DNA of 64,000 nucleotides from Mustelus asterias (taxonomy: Eukaryota), in contig NW_027591321.1 in assembly GCF_964213995.1 (NCBI RefSeq), forward strand, positions 1-64,000, in the 5' to 3' direction. Each line of letters starts with the position of its first letter. The stretch's first letter is position 1. The position numbers were made by a program, and so were the translations under genes. Positions 22,451 to 35,140 of the stretch are shown piece after piece. The notes beneath the pieces are model-generated. The model searched no databases and was not told where the DNA came from. It saw nothing but the letters and a program-made list of their open reading frames with translations.

Positions 22451-25400
22451 CCATTTAATACGATCATGGCTGATCTTGGGTTCAACTCCACTTTCCCGCC
22501 TGCTCCCCGTGTCCCTTAATTCCCTGAGAAGGCAATGCTTTCTATCCTAGCCTTATATTCGACAGTGGAGCATCCACCAGCCCTCTGGGATGGAGAATTC
22601 CAAAGATTCAGAAGCCTTTGAGCAAAGTAATATCTCCCACATGTACCAGTGACCAGAGCTGATGTATTCTAGGTCCCCCGCACATTCTGACCACGTCACA
22701 TTTTAAACCTGTGTTTTATTCATATTTTCAAAAAAGAGATAAACTTACTCGTGGGAAGATTGTCCTGTGAAAATCTCATTCTGCAAGTTTTTTTTTGTGA
22801 GGGGGGGGGGGGTGGTTTGGCAAGAGATTGTGTTGGGACCAAGAAGTGGGATGAGTGAGACCTGGAACAGTCTCTGATGCCAAAAGACTTTAGTGTCCAT
22901 GCTCACGACATTAACAATTCCAAATGCCTAAATCCCCACCACTAAGTGCTTCAGACCTTGTGCCTGATCAGTTTGAGGAACCCACCCATTGAATTTCCAT
23001 CTTAACACTGTTTTCTTTTAACTTTATATTTTAAGATTGTGTTTGGGTTCAGGTGAACTCGGTGCCAGTCATTCCTAGGGACTGCTAGCTACAGTTCGAT
23101 AGCAGCAGAGGTCATTCAAAGGTTCGACCTGGTCTGATTTGGACAGCAAGATGCAATTTATCATAGAATCCCTACAGTGCAGGAGGAGGCCATTCGGCCC
23201 ATCGAGTCTGCACTGACCACAACCCCACACAGGCCCTATCCCCATTCATTTATCCCAGCTAGTCCCCCTGACACTAAAGGGGCAATTTAGCATAGCCAAT
23301 CAATCCAACCCACACATCTTTGGACATCATGTCCGAATGTGTGGACAACTCTAACCTTCTAGATGTAGCCCTCCTAATCTCGAAACAGGAAACAATTCTT
23401 GCAATCTAGAATTAAAAGCAGAAAATGCCCAACCACAGTCAGCGCCTGGGATTAACAATGTGCCTGGGGTGAGATCATTCTTCAGCATGCCTTCTATATC
23501 AGATTTGGAGCATTAAAACCTGCATCTGTTTTTCACCAAGGTAGCATTAACTCATGGATGGCACGGGGGCACAGTGGTTAGCACTGCTGCCTCACAGCAC
23601 CAGGGATCCGGGTTCAATTCTGGCCTCGGGTCACTGTCTCTGTGGAGTTTGTACATTCTCCTGTGTCTGCGTTGGTTTCATCCGGGTGCTCCGATTTCCT
23701 CCCACACTCGAGACATGTAGGTTAGGTGGATTGGCCATGTTATATTGACCTTCAGTGTCAGGGGGATTAGCAGGGTAAATACGTGGGATTACGGGGATAG
23801 GGCCTGGGTGGGATTGTTGTCGATGCAGGCTCGATGGGCTGAATGGGCTCCTTCTGCACTGTAAAGTTAGTTTATTTATTAGTCACAAGTAAGGCTTACA
23901 TTAACACTGCAATTAAGTTACTGTGAAATTCCTCTAGTCGCCACACTCTGGCGCCTGTTCGGGTCAATGCACCCTAACCAGCACATCTTTCAGACTGTGG
24001 GAGGAAACCGGAGCACCCGGAGGAAACCCACGCAGACACGGGGGAGAACGTGCAAACTTCACACAGACAGTGACCCAAGCTGAGAATCGAACCTGGGTCA
24101 GCTAACCACTGTGCCATCGTAGGAATTCTATGATCATACAAGGAACCTTTTGGATTTAACTAGAATGCAAAGCTATTGATGCTAGCAGAGTGAGGGGTGG
24201 ACAGTGTTTATTTGTGGTGGTAAATATTCCACATCTGCTTCCAGAATCAGTCTTCGATTCTGCTCCTAAACCTTTGCCCTCCTCCCTGCCTGCACTATCA
24301 GGACCAGGGACTGTGGTCTTACACAGGTCCCCTGTAACAGCTGTGACTTTATATAATCCGAAGTTTGAACCACAAAGCTACGTGTCATCAATAGATTTTA
24401 TTTGTATCAATCTTACAATCATTTTGTAAATAAATCTTTTTGGTACAACAAAATAAGCTGGTCTGTCATTAGAGCAAAGAAAATCACATTGCTTTACAGA
24501 GGACATGCTTTACCACACACCCACCCACACACACACCCACCCACACACCAGCATTCTGCACATATCCTTTGCCATCTTGGAGTGAGCAGAGATTGTTAGA
24601 TGGACGGACGAGCTGTGATACTCTGGCATGGTTCAGTTGTTTGATCAGTAACAGATTCAACCAAATAATTTAAATGATAGTCAAAACCGGGTATTTACAA
24701 TCCTTCAAGTCTCTTTACGATTTGGTGAGCACTTATTGAAGCCTCGACAGTGACCCCTCTCACTCAATTTGAATAAGGAAGAGACCAAGAGCCAGAAATA
24801 AGACAGGGCACTAATAAATCAGAGGAGGAATTCAGCTGGAACTTTACCCAGAGACTGATGAGGAGAATATGGAACTCTCTCTGCTACAGGGTGAGGTGTT
24901 GATGGAGTCACAGGGAAGCTCAGTCAACACTGGGAGGTGCAAGAGGAAAGGAATCTTGCATTTGTATAGTGTCATTCACAAACACGACTCACCCTTTCAA
25001 GCCAATAAAATAATGCAGGAGGCAGCCAGCAGTAGTGGACTCGCCAACATTAAGGGCATTTAAATGTTCATTGGATAAACATATGGATGATATTGGAAAT
25101 AGTGTAGGTTAGGTGGGCTTTAGATTGTTGCGCTGACCAGTGAAACCATCAAGGGCAGAAGGGCCTGTACTGCGCTGTAATGTTCCATTTGGCCCTTCAA
25201 GCCTGCACCAACAACAATCCCAGCCAGGTCCTATCCCCACAACCCCACGTATTTCCTTTAGTTCCCCCTGACACTAAGGGTCAATTTAGCACAGCCAATC
25301 CACCTAACCCGCACATCTTTGGACTGTGGGAGGAAACCCACGCAGAGACACGGGGAGAACGTGCAAACTCCACACCGACAGTGACTCAAGGCTAGAATTG

Positions 25401-26830
25401 AACCCGGGTGCTTGGAGGCAGCAGCGCTAACCACTGCGCTGCCCTTAAGTTGAGGCACCGTTGTGATGTAGGAGACAGCGGCCAATCTGTGCACAGCAAG
25501 ATCCCGCAAGGAATAGGTCACAAATGAGGTGAGATGGAGGGGAGGCCACACCAATAGTTGAACTGAATGACCTATCTATACACAGAAAATACCGTTTAAT
25601 TTTCCAAAGGAACCTGCGATGGGAGTTCTACTTGATCCATTCTTACCCCTTTTCTCTTACTGGCACCACCTGGGCTGCGGCAAGATCATTTACTTCTCTA
25701 AATATGATGCAGCTTGTCTCTCGAACTCCAGCTGCTCAGGCACTGGTTCTGAAAGGCAGCAGGACAGACACAACCCGAACCATGGCCACTGTGCAAAGAA
25801 CAGAAACATCTGTACCGCCTCCCTCAGTCATTTGAAGAAAAATGCCTTGGGATGTTCAACTTGCATTCAGGTCGATTGTTAAAAGCACAACCAGGCTTTT
25901 ATATCAGTCATGGGATCCAGCGAGATTCATCAACAGTTGGCACTGAATAGAAGGATCTCTTACAAAATACTGCTCTGTTTCATTCATCCAAAATGATGTC
26001 CAGAGGATGTGTATGTCTGCAAACCAACAACTGGACCAGGATCCAGCTCACTGACACTCTTGGAATCCCAAACACGGGGACAAACTCCACACAGACAGCG
26101 ACCCGAGGCCGGAATTGAACCCGGGTCCCTGGCGTGAGGCAGCAGTGCCAACCACTGTGCCACCGTGGGGTCAAATTTTTTTTTTTGAATTTCAATATCA
26201 GGCCAGAAGTGGGGTAACTGTAATTGTTCCCCTATTGTGGGGTAGCAGGTCATAGAATCATACACACATGCAGTGCAAAAGGAGGCCATTCGGCCCATCG
26301 AGTCTGCAACGACCACAATCCCACCCAGGCCGTATCCCCCATGAATTTAACCTAGATAGTGTCAGGGGGACTAAGGGTCAATTTAGCATGGCCAATCCAC
26401 CTAACCTGCACACCTTTGGATTGTGGGAGGAAACTGGAGCACCCGGAGGAAACCCACGGGGAGAACGTGCAAACTCCACACAAGACAGTGACCCAAGCCG
26501 GGGATTCGAACCCGGGACCCTGGCGCTGAGAGTCAGCAGTGCTAACCACTGCGCCACCCTGTTTTTTTTCTTTGAATTTCAATATCAGACCAGAAGGTGG
26601 GTAACCGTAACCCAGAAAGTCTCCCCCTATTGTGGGGTAGCAGATCATAGAATCATACACACATACAGGAGGCCATTCGGCCCATCGAGTCTGCACCGAC
26701 CACAATCCCACCCGGACCCTATCCCCATAACCCCATGCATTTATGCTAGCTAGTCCCCCTGACACTAAGGGGCAATTTAGCATAGCTAATCCACCTAACC
26801 TGCACATCTTTGGACTGTGGGAGGAAACCC

Positions 26831-26958
26831 ATGATGTGGAGATGCCAGCGTTGGACTGGGGTAAACACAGTAAGGAGTCTAACAACACCAGGTTAAAGTC
26901 CAACAGGTTTATTTGGTGGCAAAATAAACCTGTTGGACTTTAACCTGGTGTTGTTAGA
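26831..26958. mobile_element. Penelope-like palindromic remnant, family A (ribozyme part missing)
   Basis: Same tail and ACCAGGTTAAAGTCCAACAGGTTTATT inverted arms as the other copies. Confidence 0.7.
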
Positions 26959-28315
26959 ATCATAGAAACCCTACAGTACAGAAAGAGGCCATTTGGCCCA
27001 TCGAGTCTGCACCGACCACAATCCCACCCAGGCCCTACCCCCATATCCTGACATATTTACCCACTAATCCCTCTAACCTACGCATCCCAGGACACTAAGG
27101 GGCAATTTAAGCATAGCCAATCAACCTAACCCGCACACCTTTGGACTGTGGGAGGAAACCAGAGCACCCGGAGGAAACCCACGCAGACACGAGGAGAATG
27201 TGCAAACTCCACACAGACAGTGACCCGAGCCGGGAATCGAACCCAGGTCCCTGGAGCCGTGAAGCAGCAGTGCTAACCACTGTGCCGCCCACGGCTCCTT
27301 ACTGAGGAAACCCACACAGAGACGGGGAGAATGTGCAGACTCCACACAGACAGTGACCCGAGGCCGGGATTCGAACCCTGACGCTGTGAAGCAGCAGTGC
27401 TAACCACCGATTGTCAGCATGTACCAACATTCTTTGATACAAACTGCATTTGGTGTCCTTCGTACTGTTGCCCCCGCTGTCGTGTTGCTGCTGGACATGT
27501 TAGTGTTCTGGTGCAAGAGGCTGCAAGGAGAAACCTAGCAGTGAATTAAAACGGGACGAAATGTGTGCCTTTCTCAGTCCGTCCATTCTCAGTTTGAGTT
27601 GCTCCTGCTTTCCGCGACAAGATCTCGGGGGGAGGGAGCAGAAAGCGGGCGTCGTGGGAGCGCTGCACGGTGTAACACTCGGGGGGGGGGGGGGGGGAGG
27701 GGGAATTCCCAGAGACATACGGTTTTTCCTTGACGTCAGACACTTATGCGAGATTCACTTTGAGGTTAGGCAACTTCAGAAGACGATGCGGTTCCCAAAA
27801 TGTAGTTGCTGCGAGACTGAGATCTTCACTCCCCGTCTCCAGCGTGGCTCCTTCAACACTCACCCACTGCACCGCATGAGTCTTTTAGCACACACGGGTC
27901 ACAACTCGGGGGGTGGGGAAGGGGCTAGCGGGGAGAAGAGTTTTGACACACACACACACAGAGCAGAATTTAGACTTGCATGATTGACAAACTGTTAATG
28001 GGCCTCAAGGCACGCAAACACACGTGACGACAACACAAAGATTATACAGCCGTGTGTGGAGAGACAGAATGCACGTTTTGCAGCATCAACGTGTGTGAAT
28101 AAATGTCGTAATCTGATGTATTTACAACGGGCAGTTAGTTACTCAGTGGCACCCCAACTGCTTCCTGTAACCCCCACCCCACCCCCCCACAGCCCAATTC
28201 TTCAGGACTCCCTCGAAACGTGGCTCTTTAACTCGAGCAGCAGGTGGAATTGGTACGTAACTCCTGCCCGTGGACAGATTTGACCCTGCTCTCTGGCGAA
28301 GCTCAGTTCCGAGTG

Positions 28316-28641
28316 CTATTTCGAGGCCTCCGGGCGCGAGTGAATGAGACGATTGTTCTCTCGCACTCGAGCGTCGAGTTCCTCAGCAGTCAAGGAGAGG
28401 TGGGCGACCTGCTCCTGCAGGTTCTGCAGTGTGCTGGTCAGCTCCTCCTCCTTCCGCGTGGCGTTGGACGACTGCCGCATGTACTCGGCCAGGATACAAA
28501 CCCCACCGATGAAGAAGACAAACGCCTCTCCCAGGAGTTCCGCACCCAGATCCGCCGCCACCTCCTCGCTCAAGGGCTGTACCTGACCACTCCGGAATCC
28601 CATCATCCTCATTTTTGTCTTCATTTCGATCCAGTGGTATA
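28316..28641 (-). CDS. OPA3: OPA3 exon 2: [15 protein letters not shown]...[11 protein letters not shown]...*; spliced protein 155 aa
   Basis: ctctctcag acceptor; OPA3 motifs YHW.EM.TKMR.MGF and LGAELLGE; TAG at 28316-28318. Confidence 0.96.
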
Positions 28642-28944
28642 CTGAGAGAGGAGGAACACTCGGTCAGGTCAGAATGAGCTACGATAGGATCGCAGTCCCT
28701 GTCCCGCTGTCTATTACAGGCATTCTGTCAAACTCAAAACCTTCAGAACCCAGAAGGCCAAGTATTCAACTCCTCCCCTCCGCCCACTCACTGCTACACC
28801 CTTTTGCCCCCGACCCTCTCACCCATCCCCCTGCCGCACTCACCCCAACCCACCTCTTCCCACTGCGTCCCTCATCCCCCTCCCCACCGACCCTTCATCC
28901 ATTCCCCTGCACGCCCCCACCCCCCGTCCCGTACTCACTTTGCA

Positions 28945-29560
28945 CGCGCCCCCCCCGCCCCCCTCGTCCTTCGCCCCCCCCCCCGCCCTTCACCACCCCC
29001 CGGCCCCCTCGTCCTTCACCCCCCCGTCCTTCACCCCCCCGTCCTTCACCCCCCCGTCCTTCACCCCCCCGTCCTTCACCCCCCCACCCTTCACGTCCTT
29101 TACCCCCCCACCCTTCACGTCCTTTACCCCCCCACCCTTCACGTCCTTTACCCCCCCACCCCCCTCATCCTTCCCTGCCCCCCCACCCCCCTCGTCCTTC
29201 CCTGCCCCCCCACCCCCCTCGTCCTTCCCTGCCCCCCCACCCCCCTCGTCCTTCCCTGCCCCCCCACCCCCCTCGTCCTTCACTGCCCCCCTCGTCCTTC
29301 ACCCCCCTGCCCCCCGTCACCCCCCCGACCCCCGTCACCCCCCCCGTCACCCCCCCCGACCCCCGTCACCCCCCCCACCCCCGTCACCCCCCCCACCCCC
29401 GTCACACCCCCCACCCCCGTCACACCCCCCGACCCCCGTCACATCCCCCCCGACCCCCGTCACATCCCCCCCGACCCCCGTCACATCCCCCCCGACCCCC
29501 GTCATCCCCCCCGACCCCCGTCACCCCCCCCGACCCCCGATCCACCCACATCCTCGCCCC
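28945..29560. repeat. C-rich compound minisatellite in the OPA3 intron
   Basis: Successive units CCCCCCGTCCTTCAC, 24-bp CCCCCCACCCCCCTCGTCCTTCCCTG-like, and CCCCCCGACCCCCGTCAC. Confidence 0.95.
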
Positions 29561-29829
29561 ATCCCCTCGACCTTCACCCAGAGGGTGGTGAATGTGTGGA
29601 ATTCACTCCCACAGAAAGTAGTTGAGGCCAAAACTTTGAGAGATTTTAGGAAGAAATTAGATGTCGCTCTGGGGGTTAAAGGGATTTGGGGGGAAGGGAG
29701 GGGATCAGGATATTGAATTTGATGATTAGCCAATGATCAGAATGAATGGCAGAGCAGCTGGAGGGGCTGAATGGCCTCCTCCTGCTATCCCGTGTGTTTT
29801 AATTGGGTTTTTTCTCAAAGTGACTTTAA

Positions 29830-30230
29830 CCCCAGGCCCCGCCCCCACGCTCCTGTCCATCATCCCGAACCACCGCCTGATTGGCTAACCCTCTGCCGCC
29901 CCCGCTCTCTATTGGCTGACCGGGCTGTCACTCAGCCGGCCTGGCCCCGCCCCCTCGCGGCCTAGTCGCTTCAGGCTCCGCGGCCTCTCCCGCTCCCCCC
30001 GCCCCCGGGACTGACTCACTCACTCTGCGCGGGCGGCAGGCAGATGTAGCGCTTGAAGAACTGGCTCCGGCGGGCGTTTGCCTTGATGGAGTTGGCGAGG
30101 GGGCGGCTGACCTGCCGCACTCCCAACATCAACAGCTTGGCGATGGGGAAGGCGCCGACCACCATAGCGGCCGCTGCGTCACTTCCGGCAGCCAGGACAC
30201 CGCCCACCTGATGACGTCACCGGGACCGCC
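29830..30230 (-). promoter_or_regulatory. OPA3 CpG island/promoter: ETS/GABP site (ACTTCCGG 30181-30188), full CRE (TGACGTCA 30212-30219), GC boxes, two CCAAT boxes in intron 1
   Basis: Motifs read directly; CpG-dense; surrounds the start codon. Confidence 0.7.
30024..30165 (-). CDS. OPA3: OPA3 exon 1 (mitochondrial protein): [25 protein letters not shown]...YICLPPAQ
   Basis: Close to vertebrate OPA3 N-terminus; 142 coding nt then GTGAGT donor; lies in a CpG island. Confidence 0.96.
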
Positions 30231-31570
30231 CTCTTAAAGGACCATTCCCCCATCCTCTTAAAACGTCATCCCCACTTCTTAAAGGACCATTCCCCCATCC
30301 TTTTAAAAGACCATCCCCCGACCTCTTAAAGGACCATTCCCCCATCCTTTTAAAAGACCATCCCCATCCTCTTAAAGGGCCATCCCCACCTCTTAAAGGA
30401 CCATTCCCCCATCCTTTTAAAAGACCATCCCCCATCCTCTTAAAGGGCCATCCCCACTTCTTAAAGGACCATTACCCCATCCTTTTAAAAGACCATCCCC
30501 CGACCTCTTAAAGGACCATTCCCCCATCCTTTTATAAGACCATCCCCCGTCCTCTTAAAGGACCATTCCCCCATCCTTTTAAAAGACCATCCCCATCCTC
30601 TTAAAGGGCCATCCCCACCTCTTAAAGGACCATTCCCCCATCCTTTTAAAAGACCATCCCCCATCCTCTTAAAGGGCCATCCCCATCCTCCTAAAGGACC
30701 ATTCCCCCATCCTTTTAAAAGACCATCCCCCATCCTCTTAAAGGGCCATCCCACCTCTTAAAGGATCATCCCCCATCCTTTTAAAGGACCATCCCCCCCA
30801 TCCTCTTGAAGGCCATCCCCACCTCTTAAAGGACCATCCCCATCCTTTTAAAAGACCATCCCCATCCTCTTAAAGGACCATCCCCCCATCCTTTTAAAAG
30901 ACCATCCCCTGTCCTCTTAAAGGACCATTCTCCCATCCTTTTAAAAGACCATCCCCCATCCTCTTAAAGGGCCATCCCCATCCTCCTAAAGGACCATTTC
31001 CCCATCCTTTTAAAAGACCATCCCCCATCCTCTTAAAGGGCCATCCCACCTCTTAAAGGATCATCCCCCATCCTTTTAAAAGACCACCCCCCATCCTCTT
31101 AAAGGCCATCCCCACCTCTTAAAGGACCATCCCCCATCCTTTTAAAAGACCATCCCCATCCTCTTAAAGGACCATCCCCCCATCCTTTTAAAAGACCATC
31201 CCCTGTCCTCTTAAAGGACCATTCTCCCATCCTTTTAAAACACCATTCCTCATCCTCTTAAAGGGCCATCCCCACCTCTTAAAGGACCGTTCCCCCATCC
31301 TTTTAAAGGGCCATCACTCAACCTTTTAAAAGACCATCCTCTTCTTCTGAAGGGGCCATTGCTACCTTCTTAAAAGACCATCCTCAATCCTCTTAAAGGG
31401 CCACCCCATTCTCATTCTCCACTCTCTTAAACGACCATCCTTAATCCTCTTAAAGCGCCATCCCCATCTCCTTGAATGGTCATCTTCAACCTCTTAATGG
31501 ACTGTCCTCTTACAGGGACATGCCAGCCTCTTAAAGGGGTGCCTCACCCTCTTAAAGGACCATCCTTTCA
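30228..31570. repeat. About 21-22 bp minisatellite (CTCTTAAAGGACCATCCCCCATC variants) directly upstream of OPA3
   Basis: Direct tandem repeats, degenerating toward 31570. Confidence 0.95.
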
Positions 31571-31791
31571 GCAGTCGATGGCGACCCCATTATTGACCAC
31601 TGAAAGCAGGGGGGCAGACAGGGAAGTGAGGCTGAGACACAATGATTGTATAGTCTGTAACCTTATGGAATAGAGTACCTGGCTTGATGGGCCAAATGGC
31701 CTACTCCTGCTCTTAAACCATATGTCCCAATTATCTTTCTGTAAAACGCTGAACATTCGGGTTCAGAGGCAAGGTGACCCACTGAGCCATG

Positions 31792-32235
31792 ACCATAAGC
31801 TCATAAGATATAGGAGCAGAATTAGACCATTCAGCCCATCGAGTCTGTTCCGCCATTCAAGCATGTTTCTCAACCCCATTCTCCCGCCTTTCCCCCGTAA
31901 CATTTGAATCCCCTTACCACTCAAGAACCTGTCTATCTCTGTCTTAAATACACTCAATGACCCGGCCTCCTCTGTGGCAATGAATTCCACAAATTCACCA
32001 CCCTCTGGCTGAAGAAATTCCTCCTCATCTCAAAGGGTCGTCCCTTTACTCCGAGGCTGTGCCCTCGGATCCCAGTCTCTCCGACTAATGGAAACATCTT
32101 CCCCACGTCCACTCTATCCAGGCCTTTCAGGATTCTGTAGGTTTCGATGAGATCCCGCCTGATCCTTCTAAACTCCATCGAGTACAGACCCAGGGTCCTC
32201 AAATACTCCTCATACATCAAGCTTTTCATTCCCGG
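31792..32235 (-). mobile_element. CR1 LINE 3' fragment
   Basis: PGMKSLMYEE.LRTLGLYSMEFRR...DLIETYRI...FFSQRVVNLWNSLPQ. Confidence 0.88.
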
Positions 32236-33950
32236 GGTCACTCTCGTGACTAGAAGCAAAGGGAGCGAGTATGTAGACGACCTCATAAATTGACCACTGA
32301 AAGTGGTTAATTATTAAACAGTTCTGAATGGATCCAATGCAGAGAGCTATCATTATTAGCAGTGCTATCTTGAAGAGACCAAACACTGGATAATGTAGGC
32401 AGTGGGTGAATGATATCAGGCTAATTTAATCATAGAATTCCACTGATGCTGCAACAAGGTAACTAAGGTGAGGGTCAGTGGCTAGTTGCTCTTCTCAGTG
32501 CATAGAATCACTACAGTGCAGAAAGAGGCCATTCGGCCCATCGAGTCAACACCGGCCACAATCCCACCCAGGCCCTATCCCCGTAACCCCACATAGTTAC
32601 CCTGACACAAAGATGCAATTTAGCATGGCCAATCCACCTAACCCGCACATCCTTGGACACTAAGGGGCAATTTAGCATGGCCAATCCACCTAACCCGCAC
32701 ATCTTTGGACGCTAAGGGGCAATTTAGCATGGCCAATCCACCTAACCGGACCTCTTTGGACACGGGGCGGCACGGTAGCACAGTGGTTAGCACTGCTGCT
32801 TCACAGCTCCAGGGTCCTGGGTTCGATTCCCGGCTCGGGTCACTGTCTGTGTGGAGTTTGCACATTCTCCTCGTGTCTGCGTGGGTTTCCTCCGGGTGCT
32901 CCGGTTTCCTCCCACAGTCCAAAGATGTGCGGGTTAGGTTGATTGGCCAGGTTAAAAATTGCCCCTTAGAGTCCTGGGATGCGTGGATTAGTGGGTAAAT
33001 ATGTGGGGGTAGGGCCTGAGTGGAATTGTGGTCGGTGCAGACTCGATGGGCCGAATGGCCTCCTTCTGTACTGTAGGGTTTCTATGATTTCTAAGGGGCA
33101 ATTTAACATGGCCAGTCCACCTAATCGGCACATCTTTAGACACTAAGATGCAATTTAGCCTGACCAATCCACCTAACCCGCACATCTTTGGACACTAAGG
33201 GACAATTTAGTATGGCCAATCCACCTAACCTGCACATCTTTGGACACAAAGGGGCAATTTAGCATGGCCAATCCACCCAACCAGCACGTCTTTCAGACTG
33301 TGGAAGGAAACAGGAGCACCCGGAGGAAACCCACGCAGACACGGGGAGAACGTGCAGACTCCACACAGACAGTGACCCAAGCCGGGAATCGAACCCGGGT
33401 CCCTGGCGCTGTGAGGCCTCAGTGCTAACCCACTGTGCCACTGCGTTTCTGACATTACAACTGCAGCTACACGTAGCTGTGAGGTGCTTTGGGGTGTCCT
33501 GTGGTTGTGGCAGGTGCTACATTAATGCACGTCTTTTTTTCTCGACAGTATGGGGATTGCAGGCTTTGCCCCCGGGGAGGGAGAGGCCGTGGCGGGAATA
33601 TTTGGACATCGTGGGTGGAATTGTCTGAGCAGATAGCCCAGGGGCAATTTTAATTCACCTTCGATAGGCCGGCTTTCTGAGGCTAATCCCTCTCCTGAGC
33701 TGTGTTGGCAGAGGATTGGTTTGTGATGAGGGAATCTCTCTCTCCCTCTCTCTCTTTCTCTCTCTCTCTTTCTCTCCCTCTCTCCCTCTGTCTGTGGGAC
33801 AACCCACAGAGGCAACGATTAACTGGTCAGTTGGTATTTTTCACCCTGTCCAGTTCCATTGAGAGTATCAACTCTCAGCTCCAGCAGAGGAAAGTGTCCT
33901 GAAAATCCCACGACTGCAGCTAAACTCCAAAGGATTGAAGGAGAGACAGA

Positions 33951-34056
33951 GGCCGGAATTTTACCGGCACGCCCGCCCCGATTCCGGGGGCGGGCGAGGT
34001 TCGGTGAACGGCGTTCTCCGTGGACCTCGGGCGGACGCGCCAGTAAAATTATGCCC
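33951..34056. mobile_element. Short MITE-like element (related fragment at about 61344-61462)
   Basis: Imperfect terminal inverted repeats GGCCGGAATTTTAC / GTAAAATTATGCCC. Confidence 0.55.
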
Positions 34057-34065
34057 AGAGTGTGT

Positions 34066-34802
34066 GGGAGAGATGGAGAAAGGGAGACAGAGAGAGGCAG
34101 AGAAAGAGGGTGAGAGAGAGAGACAGAGAGATGGAGGTGAGAGGGACAGGGAGAGAGAAAGAGGGAGACAGGGAGAGTGAGAGAAAGGGAGAGAGAAAGA
34201 GAAGGAGGTGAGAGAGAAAGAGGGAGACGGAAGGAGAGTTGGAGGTGAGAGAGGGAGTGTGAAAGAGGGAGACAGAGAGAGGAAAAGAAAGAGGGTGTGA
34301 GTGAGATAGAGATGGAGGTGAGAGGGACAGGGAGGGAGAAAGATGGAGACAGAGGAAGAGGGAGAGAAAGAAGGTGAAAGAGAAAGAGGGAGACAGGGAA
34401 AGATGGAGGTGAGAGAGACAGGGAGGGAGAGAGTGAGAGAGAGGGTAACAGAGAGGGAGATAGATGTGAGAGAGACGGAGAGAGGGAGTGTGAAAAAGGG
34501 AGGCAGAAGGAGAGATGGAGGTGAGAGAGATGGAGAGAGGGAGTGTGAAAGAGGGAGACAGAAGGAGAGATGGAGGTGAGAGAGACGGAGAGAGGGATGT
34601 GAAAGAGGGAGACAGAGAGAGAGAGATGGAGGTGAGAGACGGAGAGAGGGAGTGTGAAAGAGGGAGACAGAAGGAGAGATGGAGGTGAGAGAGACGGAGA
34701 GAGGGATGTGAAAGAGGGAGACAGAGAGAGAGAGATGGAGGTGAGAGAGATGGAGAGAGGGATGTGAAAGAGGGAGACAGAGAGAGAGAGAGAGAGACAG
34801 GG
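34066..34802. repeat. GA-rich polypurine repeat upstream of the SLC30-like gene
   Basis: Recurring GAGATGGAGGTGAGAGAGA and GTGAAAGAGGGAGACAGA units. Confidence 0.92.
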
Positions 34803-35140
34803 AGCAAATGAAACAAATCAAATCTTGGAATGAAGATGGAACGCAGTAAACCGGCCCATCCAGTGAATTTAATCAGCTTAGCGATAAGATTGTTTCTAAC
34901 TTGGCAAAGTTCGGTCAGAGTAAGTGTCTTTGTCTGGGAAAATAACGTCTTTTTTTAAGAATTGAGAAAAAGATCACATTGAAACAAAACTCAGGGACTT
35001 TGCGAAGTCTTTCTGATTGGCTCAGAGTTTGCTGACAGCGGTTAGTGTTGGGTTGAGCCGAGGGAGGGGGGGGTCACAGATTGTTAGATTCTGTCGCTAT
35101 TTGGAGCAGGAGGCAGAGGGGCTGAGGTTTGGGGGGGGTC

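Noticed and set aside
19100-28300. Second alternative OPA3 exon 2 as in human (OPA3A/B)
   Set aside because: No duplicate exon-2-like coding sequence seen between OPA3 and CCDC61
28674-29716. Proline-rich extensin-like ORFs
   Set aside because: C-rich minisatellite antisense in the OPA3 intron
33961-34821. Ser/Leu-rich ORFs of 255-286 aa
   Set aside because: Reverse reading of a GA-rich repeat
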